From a virus: a stretch of DNA of 64,000 bases. A program made the translations under genes and the position numbers. This document shows, in pieces, positions 45,907 through 55,952 of the stretch; the stretch's first letter is position 1; each line of letters starts with the position of its first letter. The notes beneath the pieces were generated by a model. The model saw nothing but the letters and a program-made list of their open reading frames with translations, was not told the origin of the DNA and ran no database searches. The stretch lies in the IMG/VR virus record IMGVR_UViG_3300006149_000007; one strand, written 5' to 3'.

Positions 45907-46332
45907 ATGAAAGTAATATTTCTTGATGTAGACGGAGTATTGAACCACGGAAAACAAATAGAAAAAGTGGAAGATGATAAAATAGGACTCCTAAATCAGA
46001 TTGTCAAGGCGACAAATGCAGAAATAGTTCTATCTTCTGATTGGCGTTATTGGCTCAATACAGATGATGAAGATGTGATACTTTTGGAAAGGAAATTAAG
46101 CAGTGTTGGCATAGATATTATGTCAAGTACACCCATAACAAAACATGGGTATAGAGGGGCAGAAATATACCAATGGATAAACGAATGGAATGGAGAACAG
46201 ATTGAAAAATTTGTAATTCTTGATGATAGAGATGATATGAAGCCATATATGAATAGATTGGTTCAGACATCTTTTGATTTAGGATTGCAAGAAAAGCATG
46301 TTAAAAGAGTAATACAATTATTAAACGAATAA
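45907..46332 (+). CDS. HAD-superfamily phosphatase (polynucleotide 3'-phosphatase-like)
   Basis: MKVIFLDVDGVLN (DxDxV motif I), SSDWR, ILDDRDD. Confidence 0.65.
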   Translation: MKVIFLDVDGVLNHGKQIEKVEDDKIGLLNQIVKATNAEIVLSSDWRYWLNTDDEDVILLERKLSSVGIDIMSSTPITKHGYRGAEIYQWINEWNGEQIEKFVILDDRDDMKPYMNRLVQTSFDLGLQEKHVKRVIQLLNE

Positions 46333-46343
46333 AATATCTAAGG

Positions 46344-46390
46344 CTTACCCGAAGCGTGGGTAAGTATCAAACCGAAGTGTGGTTTTTCTT
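46344..46390 (+). terminator. two tandem similar hairpins upstream of terL, the second followed by a T-run
   Basis: CTTACCC-gaagcgt-GGGTAAG and AAACC-gaagtgt-GGTTT, then TTTCTTTT. Confidence 0.5.
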
Positions 46391-46419
46391 TTAAGTTGGA
46401 AGAAAGGAGGACTGCGCTT

Positions 46420-48201
46420 TTGTCTTTAGAACTTCAAAAAGCCATATCTGGCTATGAATCCTATATTGAGAAAAAAGGTTATACATACGAAGTGGCAAAT
46501 GCCTACCATAATGCCGTGTTCTTTGCATCCGAAAAGGATAACGATTTGCAAGAAGCATTAAAAATATCTATCAGGGCGAAAGAAGTATTAAATCAATTCT
46601 GCGTAAATCAGTATAAAGGCGACATATGGGAGCTTGAAAAATTCTGTTTTGCCAACAAGACAGGGCATGAAATGGTGGATAAGTGGTATGAGATATTGAA
46701 GTTGGAAGCTCCGTATAAGTTTGAGAGTTTTATTTACTACATGGAGAAAAACAGACCGTATGCAAAGCGGTTTTATCTTCCGAGAAGAAATCCTATGAAA
46801 ATAGTTGTCAGTGACCTACAGGATTTAGAGGATAGGACAAGTGGTAAAAAATTCTATGGTTTATCCATGCCAAGCCGTGTTGGAAAGTCCACTGACTGTA
46901 TATTTTTTCTTTCGTGGATAGCCTTAAAACGCCCAAACAGTCACTCTGCTATGGGTGGACACTCTGGAATACTTGCGAAAGGATTTTACAAGGAACTGAT
47001 GAACCTAATCGCAACGCCAGAGTACACATTTAAAGAATTATTCGATTATCTGCACCCAGAATATCAAAATAGACCATTTCTGACAGATAAGAGTGCGGAC
47101 GAATTTACAATCACATTGGGAGACTCAGACCGATTCGCAACAATCACTTGCCGAGGAATTGATGGAACATGGACGGGGGCTATTGACGTATCAGAGGACG
47201 GTTATCTGTATGTGGACGACCTTGTAAGGGACAGGCAGCATTCATTAAGTCCCCGAAGAATGGAAGAAACCTATCAAGAGTACCTAAACAAGATGGTTGA
47301 CCGTAAAAATGATGGGGCAAGGGAGCTTATGGTAGGTACTCTATGGAATGTATTAGACCCGTTGGAACGAATAAGAAAAGAGGAAAAAGACAATCCAAAG
47401 TATGGATTTAGAAAAATTCCTGCCTTAAATGAGAAAGATAAAAGTAATTTTGCTTATGAGATAAACGGATTTTCCACAAAATATTATCACGAAATGAGGG
47501 ATAGGCTCGATAAAGCAGAGTGGATGGCTAAATTCATGCAGCAGCCGTTTGTAAGAGAGGGATTATTATTCCCGACAGATGAATTACAATTTTTTAACGG
47601 AATATTGCCAGACGGAGATTTTCGGATTGTTGCGGTAGTTGACGTAGCCTGGGGCGGCGGCGACAGCTTATCAATGCCAATCGGTGCAGAATATGAAAGT
47701 GGAGACGTATATGTGTTTGCATGGGTATTTAACAAAGGGGCAAAAGAAGTCACATTACCACTTGTGACAGGGCAAATCATAAACAACCGCATAAGACAGA
47801 TACGGTTTGAGGGAAACACGGGCGGAGATTTGTACTGCAAATATGTTGATGAAATGTTGCAAAAGCAAGGGTGGAAATGTAGCTGCACACACAGAAAAGC
47901 ACCTAACACTATGGAGAAAATGTCCAAAATTATAGCATATTCGGGAGATATAAAGAGAAAGTATCATTTTCTGACTTCAAAGATACCAACGCAAAAAGAA
48001 CGAGAGAGGGATAATGAGTTAGGCATTGTTCGGTATGTCAGAGATAAAGAATATCAAGATGCTATGGACGAACTGGAAACCTTTGTAACGATAGGAAAAA
48101 ACGACCACGAAGACGCAGCAGACGGATTAACACAGCTTGAAATGTTTATAGAAAATCCGGGCGGAATAAGGCAAACAATCATAATGCCAAGCCCAATCTA
48201 A
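46420..48201 (+). CDS. terL: terminase large subunit
   Basis: TTG lies 9 nt after AGGAGG; the track start is 46396. Walker A-like SMPSRVGKST, Walker B YLYVDDLV, C-terminal nuclease VVDVAWGGGD...EDAADG. Confidence 0.8.
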   Translation: MSLELQKAISGYESYIEKKGYTYEVANAYHNAVFFASEKDNDLQEALKISIRAKEVLNQFCVNQYKGDIWELEKFCFANKTGHEMVDKWYEILKLEAPYKFESFIYYMEKNRPYAKRFYLPRRNPMKIVVSDLQDLEDRTSGKKFYGLSMPSRVGKSTDCIFFLSWIALKRPNSHSAMGGHSGILAKGFYKELMNLIATPEYTFKELFDYLHPEYQNRPFLTDKSADEFTITLGDSDRFATITCRGIDGTWTGAIDVSEDGYLYVDDLVRDRQHSLSPRRMEETYQEYLNKMVDRKNDGARELMVGTLWNVLDPLERIRKEEKDNPKYGFRKIPALNEKDKSNFAYEINGFSTKYYHEMRDRLDKAEWMAKFMQQPFVREGLLFPTDELQFFNGILPDGDFRIVAVVDVAWGGGDSLSMPIGAEYESGDVYVFAWVFNKGAKEVTLPLVTGQIINNRIRQIRFEGNTGGDLYCKYVDEMLQKQGWKCSCTHRKAPNTMEKMSKIIAYSGDIKRKYHFLTSKIPTQKERERDNELGIVRYVRDKEYQDAMDELETFVTIGKNDHEDAADGLTQLEMFIENPGGIRQTIIMPSPI

Positions 48202-48216
48202 AGGAGGATTGCATAC

Positions 48217-48657
48217 ATGACAACCAAGGAATATTTATCTCAAATAAGTAGACTTGACCGCATGATAAAAAATAAGCTGACAGAATTGGCACAGTTAAAG
48301 GAATTATCATACGGATTATCCGCCATACCAAACGAAGAAAGAGTGCAGACAACACCTAACCACGACAAAATCGGTACAGCGTTTTGTAAAATAGAATCAA
48401 TGGAAGAAAGTATTGATAAACTGATAGATGAATATGTGGATAAGAAAAATGAGATAATCTCACAAATTGACAGCATGGAAGATGAAACACATTATGATGT
48501 CCTATTTTCAAGATACATAGAAAAAAAGACTTTTGAAAAAATTGCTACGGATATGCACTACTCATTCCGAAACACAACAAGGTTGCATGGCAGGGCATTG
48601 CAGGAATTTGAAAAGAAATATGGAGAATTATATCTTGAAAGTGAAAATGTGTCCTAG
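48217..48657 (+). CDS. sigma-70 region-4-like phage transcriptional regulator (DUF1492/ArpU-like)
   Basis: YDVLFSRYIEKKTFEKIATDMHYSFRNTTRLHGRALQEF. Confidence 0.5.
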   Translation: MTTKEYLSQISRLDRMIKNKLTELAQLKELSYGLSAIPNEERVQTTPNHDKIGTAFCKIESMEESIDKLIDEYVDKKNEIISQIDSMEDETHYDVLFSRYIEKKTFEKIATDMHYSFRNTTRLHGRALQEFEKKYGELYLESENVS

Positions 48658-48793
48658 AATGTCCTATTGATATTTTGATATAGTTATACTCGAAGAACGT
48701 ACAGAGTTTTCATTGAAAATACTCCCGAACGAAAAGGCGTTGCACGGCGGCAGCGTCTTTTTTCGTGGGGAAAACGATTTAAGGAGGGGAAAC

Positions 48794-49021
48794 ATGAGGA
48801 CACGAAACATAATCCCCGACTTCACAAAACCAGAAATTGATTACATCATAGAGAACGCCAACTTTACCGAGCAGGAATTACAGTTTTTCAATCTGCGGAA
48901 TAAGGAATACTCCTACGAACTCTGCGCCGAGGAAATGAATGTTGGCGTAACGACGGTAAAGAAGATTGCGAAAAAGACCATGAATAAGATTTTGAAAGTC
49001 ATAGCACATATGGATATTTGA
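48794..49021 (+). CDS. small sigma-r4/LuxR-type HTH regulator
   Basis: ATG follows AAGGAGGGG. FTEQELQFFNLRNKEYSYELCAEEMNVGVTTVKKIAKKTMNKI. Confidence 0.5.
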   Translation: MRTRNIIPDFTKPEIDYIIENANFTEQELQFFNLRNKEYSYELCAEEMNVGVTTVKKIAKKTMNKILKVIAHMDI

Positions 49022-49045
49022 TTTGCGTGGAAAGAGAGGGTAATT

Positions 49046-49279
49046 ATGGATTTGGCAACAGATTTAGATAGACGAGTAAAAAAGATGAAACAAGATTTAC
49101 GGTTTGGACTTAAACCCAAAAACTGCAAGCATTGTTATGGAGCAAGTGCTGGAGTTATGGGTGTTCATTATTCTTGTGACTGTGAAAAAAGTAAGATGTA
49201 CCGAAGTTATCCGCTTATTATGTGTCCGCAAGATTGTGAATTTTATGAAAAAGAAGAACAAGCAACTACCGAGAAATAA
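49046..49279 (+). CDS. hypothetical Cys-rich protein
   Basis: 77-aa ORF. Confidence 0.45.
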   Translation: MDLATDLDRRVKKMKQDLRFGLKPKNCKHCYGASAGVMGVHYSCDCEKSKMYRSYPLIMCPQDCEFYEKEEQATTEK

Positions 49280-49309
49280 TCGGCGGTTGTTTTTATTTTG
49301 GAGGGAATT

Positions 49310-49474
49310 ATGAAATTTTGCATACACGACTGGAAACGGATAGAAAAAGCAAAACACGCCTATTACGATTATGGCGGCATGGAAGTATTGACTGCTATGT
49401 GCGTGTGTAAGAAATGTGGAAAGAAAAAAGTCCGTAAATTTGCAGGAAAATATGTCGGACAGTTGTTCGGTTAG
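49310..49474 (+). CDS. hypothetical small protein (54 aa)
   Basis: ATG follows TGGAGGG (MKFCIHDWKRIEKAKHAYYDYGG...CKKCGKK). Confidence 0.35.
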   Translation: MKFCIHDWKRIEKAKHAYYDYGGMEVLTAMCVCKKCGKKKVRKFAGKYVGQLFG

Positions 49475-49484
49475 ATGGTGCGAT

Positions 49485-49685
49485 ATGAAGAAATATAAAC
49501 CAGTAAAAATACTTTGCCCAAAATGTAATTCTTATGTAGGAACATGGGACGGGCGGCCAACAATGAATTTTATCGCAAGATGTAGCAAATGCAGAAAGCG
49601 TGTTGTTTACCATGTTGAAAGTGGAGAGATTGAATTAAAACCGTTGCCGCTAAGAACGTGCGGTAGCGGTTTAACTTTTTGTTAG
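49485..49685 (+). CDS. zinc-ribbon protein
   Basis: MKKYKPVKILCPKCNSY...CSKCRKR. Confidence 0.4.
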   Translation: MKKYKPVKILCPKCNSYVGTWDGRPTMNFIARCSKCRKRVVYHVESGEIELKPLPLRTCGSGLTFC

Positions 49686-49696
49686 GCGGTGGTTAA

Positions 49697-51253
49697 ATGC
49701 AGTATGGCAGAAAAATTTTATATACAGATGAGCCGGAAATCACATACGAAAACATCATTGGCGTTGTTCAAAAAGTAATTTCCGACCACGAAAGCAACGC
49801 AAGCGAAATTGACCGCCTAATTCGTTATGACGCAGGGGAGCAGGAAAAAACACGCATTAAAACATACCGTAGCGATATTGACAACTGGTGCGTGGATAAC
49901 TTAGCAAATGAAGCGGTAGAATTTTGGCTTGGTTATTTATGGTCTAACCCTATGACACTTGTACAGACAGATGAACTTGAAGAATCAAGGAAAGGTGTAA
50001 TTGCAGGAATATCAGCACTGAACAGGTGTTATCGGGCAGAGAAAATAAAAAAGAAAAATCAGAAGTTAGGGCGTTTTGTTGAAATCGGAGCATTGGGATA
50101 TACTCATGTTTCCACAAACGAAGAATGGCAAGAGGGAGATAGCTACTTCAAATTAGAAGCATTAGACCCTAGAACAGCCTTTGTTATTCGGTCAAGTTAC
50201 TATATAGACCAACGTGTCATGCTTGGTGTGACATTTAGAAAAGACGACCAAGGAAACAGATTTTTTACTTGCTATAGTAAAGATAGACGGTTTGAGATTA
50301 AAAACCTAATAGAAATCGTAAATGGAGAAAAAACAGGAAAAATCATATGGGGACATGACTTGCGAAGCGGAGAAGAAAACCCATTGCATATAGTGCCTAT
50401 AGTGGAATGGATAAGAAGTTATGACCGTATGGGATTGTTTGAACGCCAAAAGCCGGAAATGGATAACTTAAATCTTCTTATTTCTGACTTTACAAATGAT
50501 GTCGACCAAAATACACAGGCAATGTGGCACTCGAATGATGTAGAATTTCCGACAGAGAAGATTAAATTATCTGACGGAACAGAAAAAGAAGTTGCAGTTA
50601 AACCAAAATCGGGCGAGTGGTTGCAGACATTCACGCCACAGGACGGTAAAACACCGATTGTTGAGGCACTGGCTATTAACTACGACTATCCCGGAATGCT
50701 ACAAAACATTATTACAAGGCGAGCATTGATTTTGCAAAAGATGAATGTTCCACAGAGAAACGACAACAGCGGAGGCAGTACAGGAGTTGCGATGTCAGAC
50801 GCTACCGGTTGGAGTGCGGCTGAAATGGCGGCAAGCAAACAGCAAAACATTATGGAAGATTGCAAAATGGAGGAAGTAAAGGTTGTATTGGCGGCAATAA
50901 AAAATTCAAGTTTTATAAAGCCAGACAATCCGCTTTTGAAACTTACCATATCCGATATTCAAGCAAACACAAACAGACAAAAGACCTATGAACTTACCGT
51001 AAAAACAAATGCCATGTGTACTTTGCTTGCAAAAGGTTTTGACCTTGACGATGTTTTGACGATTGCGCCGCTATTCTCTGACCCAAACCAAGTGTCAGTA
51101 AGAAGTGGGGCAGGGGTAAGGAGATACCAAGAGGCAAATATATTTAATACCGCAACACAAACAGAAAAAACAGAAAAAAAACGACCATTCCCTGATTATT
51201 CAGACCAAGAGAGCAATTCGCCAAACATTGGAGGAATGGAAATAGAAAATTAG
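49697..51253 (+). CDS. portal protein (SPP1 gp6-type)
   Basis: 518 aa. Position after terL. N-terminus ILYTDEPEITYENI...IDRLIRYDAGEQ is typical of this portal family. Confidence 0.8.
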   Translation: MQYGRKILYTDEPEITYENIIGVVQKVISDHESNASEIDRLIRYDAGEQEKTRIKTYRSDIDNWCVDNLANEAVEFWLGYLWSNPMTLVQTDELEESRKGVIAGISALNRCYRAEKIKKKNQKLGRFVEIGALGYTHVSTNEEWQEGDSYFKLEALDPRTAFVIRSSYYIDQRVMLGVTFRKDDQGNRFFTCYSKDRRFEIKNLIEIVNGEKTGKIIWGHDLRSGEENPLHIVPIVEWIRSYDRMGLFERQKPEMDNLNLLISDFTNDVDQNTQAMWHSNDVEFPTEKIKLSDGTEKEVAVKPKSGEWLQTFTPQDGKTPIVEALAINYDYPGMLQNIITRRALILQKMNVPQRNDNSGGSTGVAMSDATGWSAAEMAASKQQNIMEDCKMEEVKVVLAAIKNSSFIKPDNPLLKLTISDIQANTNRQKTYELTVKTNAMCTLLAKGFDLDDVLTIAPLFSDPNQVSVRSGAGVRRYQEANIFNTATQTEKTEKKRPFPDYSDQESNSPNIGGMEIEN

Positions 51254-51259
51254 CTATCA

Positions 51260-51289
51260 AGCGTTTAGAGAAATCTAAACGCTTTTTAT
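51260..51289 (+). terminator. rho-independent terminator
   Basis: AGCGTTTAG-agaaat-CTAAACGCT followed by TTTTT. Confidence 0.75.
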
Positions 51290-51312
51290 ATTGTCAGGAG
51301 AAGTGACATTAA

Positions 51313-51981
51313 ATGGAGCGAACGCCGGAGAAGGGCGGTAAAACGAGCGAATTTAAGGAAAGGAAGGTAAAAAAAATCATGGAAGAAACAACAAAGAATG
51401 TAACTGAAAATCAGCAGACGGAAAAACCAGAAGGGCAACAGGAAACCAACACAAAGCCGGAAAACCAGCAGGAAACCAAAACATCGAACGAGGAGTATAT
51501 GGCTCAAATCGCAGAGTTAAAAGTTCAAGTGCAAAAATTGCAAAACAAAAATAATGCTCTTAGTTCTGAGAACGCAGAACAGAAAAAGGCAATTCGGGCA
51601 AAGCAGACCGCAGAGGAAGCAGAGGCAGAGGAAAAAGCTGAGGCGCAGCGTAAATCGGATGAAGAAAAAGAGGCAATGCGAAAAGAACTGAACCACATCA
51701 AGGCGGTTGCGGCTTATAAGAACATTCCTGATGAAAAGACGGTGGAAAACCTAATTGCGGCGATTGATGAAAACGACCACGCCTCCATTTCGGCCATTAT
51801 CGAAAGGGAAAAGGAAAAGGCAGTCAAAGAGGCTAAGGCAGAGTGGCAGAAGTCCATTCCGCAGCCGCAGTTTGGAACGGGAGAGTATTCTTCCATGAGT
51901 AAAAAAGACATTATGGCAATCAAGGACACAGCCGAGAGGCAGAAAGCAATTTTAGCGAACAGACAGATGTTCGGAATTTAA
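51313..51981 (+). CDS. scaffolding protein
   Basis: E/K/A-rich coiled coil located between portal and capsid. An alternative start is at 51379. Confidence 0.6.
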   Translation: MERTPEKGGKTSEFKERKVKKIMEETTKNVTENQQTEKPEGQQETNTKPENQQETKTSNEEYMAQIAELKVQVQKLQNKNNALSSENAEQKKAIRAKQTAEEAEAEEKAEAQRKSDEEKEAMRKELNHIKAVAAYKNIPDEKTVENLIAAIDENDHASISAIIEREKEKAVKEAKAEWQKSIPQPQFGTGEYSSMSKKDIMAIKDTAERQKAILANRQMFGI

Positions 51982-52001
51982 GAAAGGATAGGTAAATAAA
52001 A

Positions 52002-52913
52002 ATGGCAGGAGTAACAAGAGAAACACCAGAAACAAATTTGATTAAGAGCGCAGACCTTGCGAGAGTTCGTGAGGTCGATTTTGTTTATATGTTTGGAGAA
52101 ACATTGGCAAAGCTCATTGAGGCATTGGGTATCACAAGAAAGATTCCAAAGCAGGCAGGAACAGTTTTGAAGTATTACAAGGCGGTCGGTACGCTTGAAA
52201 GCGGGCAGGTGCCGGAAGGTCAGCTTATTCCGCTTTCCCATTACCGCACAGAGCCGGTAGATTTTGAGGAAATCAAGCTGGAGAAGTGGAGAAAGGCAAC
52301 GACCGCAGAGGCGATTATGGATAAGGGATATGAGCAGGCAGTCCTTATGACAAATGCGGAGATGAAGAAAGATATCCAGAAGGACATCAGGAAGAAGTTT
52401 TTCGCCTCCCTTGCAAAAGGCACAGGAACAGCAAGCGGAGCAAAGTTACAGCCCGCCCTTGCGAACGCATGGGGCAAGTTACAGGTGCTTTTTGAAGATG
52501 ACGCAATCGACGCTGTATATTTCCTCAACCCGGAAGATGTTGCGGAATATCTCGGCGAGGCTCAAATTATCGCACAGACCGCTTTTGGAATGACCTACAT
52601 CGTAAATTTCCTCGGTCTTGGAACGGTCATTATGAACGGTTCTGTACCGAAAGGCACATTTTATGCAACTGCAAAGAACAACCTTATCTTGTACTATATT
52701 AACGCAGCAGAATCCGACCTTGCCCTTGCGTTTGATTTGACAATGGACGAGTTGGGGCTTATCGGTATGCACGAGGAACCGGATTACAAGACTATGACTG
52801 CTGAAATGGTTGCGACTTCCGGCATTACGCTGTTTGCAGAGCGTATTGACGGCGTGGTAGTCGGAACAATCGGAGGCGGCGTGGCAGGAGCAAGCGAAGA
52901 AACAGGAGCGTAA
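52002..52913 (+). CDS. major capsid protein
   Basis: 303 aa, follows the scaffold gene. Contains the ..FGMTYIVNFLGLGTVIMNGSVPKGTFYAT.. region. Confidence 0.75.
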   Translation: MAGVTRETPETNLIKSADLARVREVDFVYMFGETLAKLIEALGITRKIPKQAGTVLKYYKAVGTLESGQVPEGQLIPLSHYRTEPVDFEEIKLEKWRKATTAEAIMDKGYEQAVLMTNAEMKKDIQKDIRKKFFASLAKGTGTASGAKLQPALANAWGKLQVLFEDDAIDAVYFLNPEDVAEYLGEAQIIAQTAFGMTYIVNFLGLGTVIMNGSVPKGTFYATAKNNLILYYINAAESDLALAFDLTMDELGLIGMHEEPDYKTMTAEMVATSGITLFAERIDGVVVGTIGGGVAGASEETGA

Positions 52914-52926
52914 AAGGAGTGATTGT

Positions 52927-53286
52927 ATGTATGAGGTAATCCATTACTTTACCGACTTGCAGGACAATGAATATCCGTACAATGTGGGGGATATATTTCC
53001 TCGCGACGGATTGGCGGTCAGTGAGAAACGGATAAAGGAACTTTCGGGCAGTAACAACAAGCAGTATAAACCGCTGATTAAACTTGTGGAGGAAGAACTA
53101 CCGTTTACCGACAATGACATTGAGTTAGAGGAAGATTCGGCGAAGAAGAAATACACAAAATCCGAAATTAACCGCATGAGTACCGCAGAATTGCAGAACT
53201 TAGCGGCGTCAGAGGGCATTGAGAACGCTTTTGAAACAAGCGGAAGTAAGTTAAAAGACATTCTGGCAGAACATTTCGGTCTGTAA
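52927..53286 (+). CDS. capsid-associated protein with a Rho_N/SAP-like C-terminus
   Basis: C-terminus MSTAELQNLAASEGIENAFETSGSKLKDILAEHFGL. Confidence 0.45.
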   Translation: MYEVIHYFTDLQDNEYPYNVGDIFPRDGLAVSEKRIKELSGSNNKQYKPLIKLVEEELPFTDNDIELEEDSAKKKYTKSEINRMSTAELQNLAASEGIENAFETSGSKLKDILAEHFGL

Positions 53287-53299
53287 AGGCGGTGGAACT

Positions 53300-53656
53300 A
53301 TGGAAGAAATCGACAGCAGCATGACCGTAGGGCTTGAACAGGAGATTTTTGCAGACCTCTCCACTGAACTGTCCGCATCTGATGAGAATTTGAATGAAAC
53401 TCTCCTGCTGTCAAAGGTCAGAAATGCCATGCGAGAGGTCAAGAGGGCAAGGAATTACCCTAAAAGTTATACGGACAGCCAGATTGAAGTGGATATGTAC
53501 GATTATTTCAGTAACATACGGAATATCGCACTGTATGACTACAATCAAATCGGGAATGAGGGGCAACAGTCCGGTAGCGAGAATGGCACTAGCCGTTCAT
53601 ACGTGGATAGAAACACATATTTTTCCGGCATATGCCCATTTGTAAGGGTTTTGTAG
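53300..53656 (+). CDS. head-tail connector (gp6/gp15-like)
   Basis: Position and size fit. LLLSKVRNAMREVKRARNYP is typical of the family. Confidence 0.55.
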   Translation: MEEIDSSMTVGLEQEIFADLSTELSASDENLNETLLLSKVRNAMREVKRARNYPKSYTDSQIEVDMYDYFSNIRNIALYDYNQIGNEGQQSGSENGTSRSYVDRNTYFSGICPFVRVL

Positions 53657-53765
53657 AAGATTGTGCGTGGCTGTCCTATTGCGGTGCGGTAGGGCGGTTG
53701 CAGGGTGTCCGTCATCAAGCGGTGGAGGGCAGACGGATTTAAGAAACAGAAAGGATTGATAAGTT

Positions 53766-54158
53766 ATGACATTACCAATCGTTATCAGCCTTGCAGGAGT
53801 GGCGATAAGCCTTGTATCTGTAAGTGCTATGATTTATTTCAACAAAAAGAATGGAAAACATACCGATGATGAAGATTTGAAAGAACAAATCAGAGAAAAA
53901 ATGAACGACTTAAAAGAGCGTGAACGAGAGAGAGCGAAAGACATTGAGGACAGGACAAGGGAAAATACGATTATCAATACAAAACTTGACAATATCAATT
54001 TTTCCAATCAGGAAATCAAAGACAGGCTAAATTCTGCAATAAAGCAGATACAAGACCACGGCGACCGACTTATTAAAGTTGAGGAAAGTGTGAAATCTGC
54101 TCATCATCGGTTAAACACCCTTGAGGAGCGTATTGAGGAAAAGGAGGACAAAAAATAA
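53766..54158 (+). CDS. membrane-anchored coiled-coil protein (XhlA-like)
   Basis: N-terminal TM LPIVISLAGVAISLVSVSAMIYF plus a coiled coil. Directly precedes the holin. Confidence 0.4.
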   Translation: MTLPIVISLAGVAISLVSVSAMIYFNKKNGKHTDDEDLKEQIREKMNDLKERERERAKDIEDRTRENTIINTKLDNINFSNQEIKDRLNSAIKQIQDHGDRLIKVEESVKSAHHRLNTLEERIEEKEDKK

Positions 54159-54421
54159 TGGATATAATGCAAATCGGAAGCGTAACAGCTATTGTTGTGA
54201 TAGCGTATTTAATCGGACTTGGAGCAAAGAACATTTCCACGATCAAAGACGAGACGATCCCTGTTATCGTCGGCGTATGCGGCGGTATCTTGGGCGTTGC
54301 CGGAATGTTCGTCATGCCTGATTTTCCGGCACATGACATTCTGAACGCTATCGCAATTGGAATTGTCAGCGGACTTGCAAGCACTGGCGTAAATCAGGTA
54401 TGGAAACAGGCTAAGAAGTAG
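54158..54421 (+). CDS. holin (LL-H / phage_holin_1-like)
   Basis: 87 aa, three hydrophobic segments, charged C-terminus QVWKQAKK. Confidence 0.6.
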   Translation: MDIMQIGSVTAIVVIAYLIGLGAKNISTIKDETIPVIVGVCGGILGVAGMFVMPDFPAHDILNAIAIGIVSGLASTGVNQVWKQAKK

Positions 54422-54432
54422 GAGGATTTTCT

Positions 54433-54714
54433 ATGAAATACAGAAAGAAACCCGTTGTAATTGATGCTGTTCAGTGGAACGGATTGAACCTTGAGGAAAT
54501 CAAAGAGTTTGTCGGTAAAGATTTGGAGTACAACATTCTTGATACAGCCTGGGAAGTAGGCGAAGGAGCACCTCATGTGATTATGAAAATACATACATTA
54601 GAGGGTGACATGGAAGTGAGCAAGGAAGATTTCGTTATCAAGGGTGTAAATGGAGAGTTTTACCCTTGCAAACCAGACATCTTTGAAAAGACCTATGAGG
54701 CGGTGGTTGATTGA
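54433..54714 (+). CDS. small conserved phage protein, copy A of a duplicated pair
   Basis: [15 protein letters not shown]...[21 protein letters not shown]. The 5' and 3' ends are nearly identical to those of 56484..56768. Confidence 0.6.
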   Translation: MKYRKKPVVIDAVQWNGLNLEEIKEFVGKDLEYNILDTAWEVGEGAPHVIMKIHTLEGDMEVSKEDFVIKGVNGEFYPCKPDIFEKTYEAVVD

Positions 54715-55151
54715 GAACCCTCCGAAAAAACAAACAATCCATGAAATACGCCCTCCAAAACGCCGAAATCCCAATCTACCAAACAGACGAGGACGGCAAC
54801 ATTCTCTACTACGAGGACAGCGAGGGAAACAAGATACCGCTTGAAACAGGAGAAACGGAGATAGGTTTTGGTGAGCCTATTCCTTTTTTGGCTAACATCA
54901 ATAATAAACTTGATGAAGTCGCATGGCGTGAGTATGGGATTGACAACTCCACGAATTACGCCCAAATCGTAGCGAGCAAAAATGTTTTGCCATTAAAGGC
55001 AGGAAGTATCATATGGAAAAAGTCGGAAGTCGGATATAAAGACGAGGCACATACAATTATTGATGATACAACCGCTGATTATGTAGTAAAAGGCGTTGCA
55101 GACGAGGGATTGTCGGTTGACTTGTTTCTGTTGCAGAAGAATTTGAAGTGA
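54711..55151 (+). CDS. hypothetical head-tail module protein
   Basis: 146-aa ORF. The start is uncertain (TTG 54711 or ATG 54741). Confidence 0.45.
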   Translation: MRTLRKNKQSMKYALQNAEIPIYQTDEDGNILYYEDSEGNKIPLETGETEIGFGEPIPFLANINNKLDEVAWREYGIDNSTNYAQIVASKNVLPLKAGSIIWKKSEVGYKDEAHTIIDDTTADYVVKGVADEGLSVDLFLLQKNLK

Positions 55152-55160
55152 GGTGAAAGT

Positions 55161-55325
55161 ATGGCAAAGAAAGAATTATTTGAGCATAAATGCGAGAAAT
55201 GCGGAAAACCGCAACCAAAAGACGAAAGCAAGTCTAATGGAAATTGGGATGTTTACAAGACAAATCAGACTTGCGAATGTGGCGGTAAATTCGTTACATA
55301 TGTAAACGGTCAGAAAATGGGGTAG
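55161..55325 (+). CDS. small zinc-ribbon protein (54 aa)
   Basis: ATG follows GTGAGGTG. CEKCGK...CECGG. Confidence 0.4.
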   Translation: MAKKELFEHKCEKCGKPQPKDESKSNGNWDVYKTNQTCECGGKFVTYVNGQKMG

Positions 55326-55329
55326 CGGT

Positions 55330-55593
55330 ATGACAACAAGAGAGTTTGAAGATTTCTTGGAAAAAGAAATTATGACAGAGGAAGATAAAAAGAATATCTT
55401 TGCCCCGCCGCTTGAACCGCAGATTGCATTAAACATTCTGATTGAACATTTTCTCGGAAAAGACTGGTACACTCCTAACCCAATCGGAGTAAAGCAAGTG
55501 AATACAGAAGCGGTGCATGAAATTCTTAACAAATACCCAAAGAAAAAAGGATTACTTGAAAGGCTGGTGGAATTTTGGAAAAGAAAACAGTAA
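55330..55593 (+). CDS. hypothetical protein
   Basis: 87-aa ORF. Confidence 0.45.
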   Translation: MTTREFEDFLEKEIMTEEDKKNIFAPPLEPQIALNILIEHFLGKDWYTPNPIGVKQVNTEAVHEILNKYPKKKGLLERLVEFWKRKQ

Positions 55594-55940
55594 ATATTCT
55601 TGGATCGGAATACACGATTGAGAAAAAGGCATACAAAGACGAACCTACATTTGAAAAACGTGGAATTGATGGATATTGCGATGGACGGTTAAGGAAAATT
55701 GTACATTGCGATATGGTAACACACCCGATTATGAAAGAAGAACCAGAAGAATATTGCAAGGTTTGTGAAAAGCAGACACTTAGACACGAAATTATTCACG
55801 GATTTTTCAACGAATCGGGGCTTATGGAAAGTTCTGCACAATATACAAGCGGTTGGTCACAAAATGAAGAAATGGTTGACTGGTTCGCAATCCAATCTCC
55901 AAAGATTTTCAAGGTGTTTCAGGAATTGGATATTTTGTAG
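55575..55940 (+). CDS. HExxH metallopeptidase-like protein (second copy in the window)
   Basis: TLRHEIIHGFFNESG motif. Confidence 0.5.
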   Translation: MEKKTVNILGSEYTIEKKAYKDEPTFEKRGIDGYCDGRLRKIVHCDMVTHPIMKEEPEEYCKVCEKQTLRHEIIHGFFNESGLMESSAQYTSGWSQNEEMVDWFAIQSPKIFKVFQELDIL

Positions 55941-55952
55941 GAGTGGTAGCCT

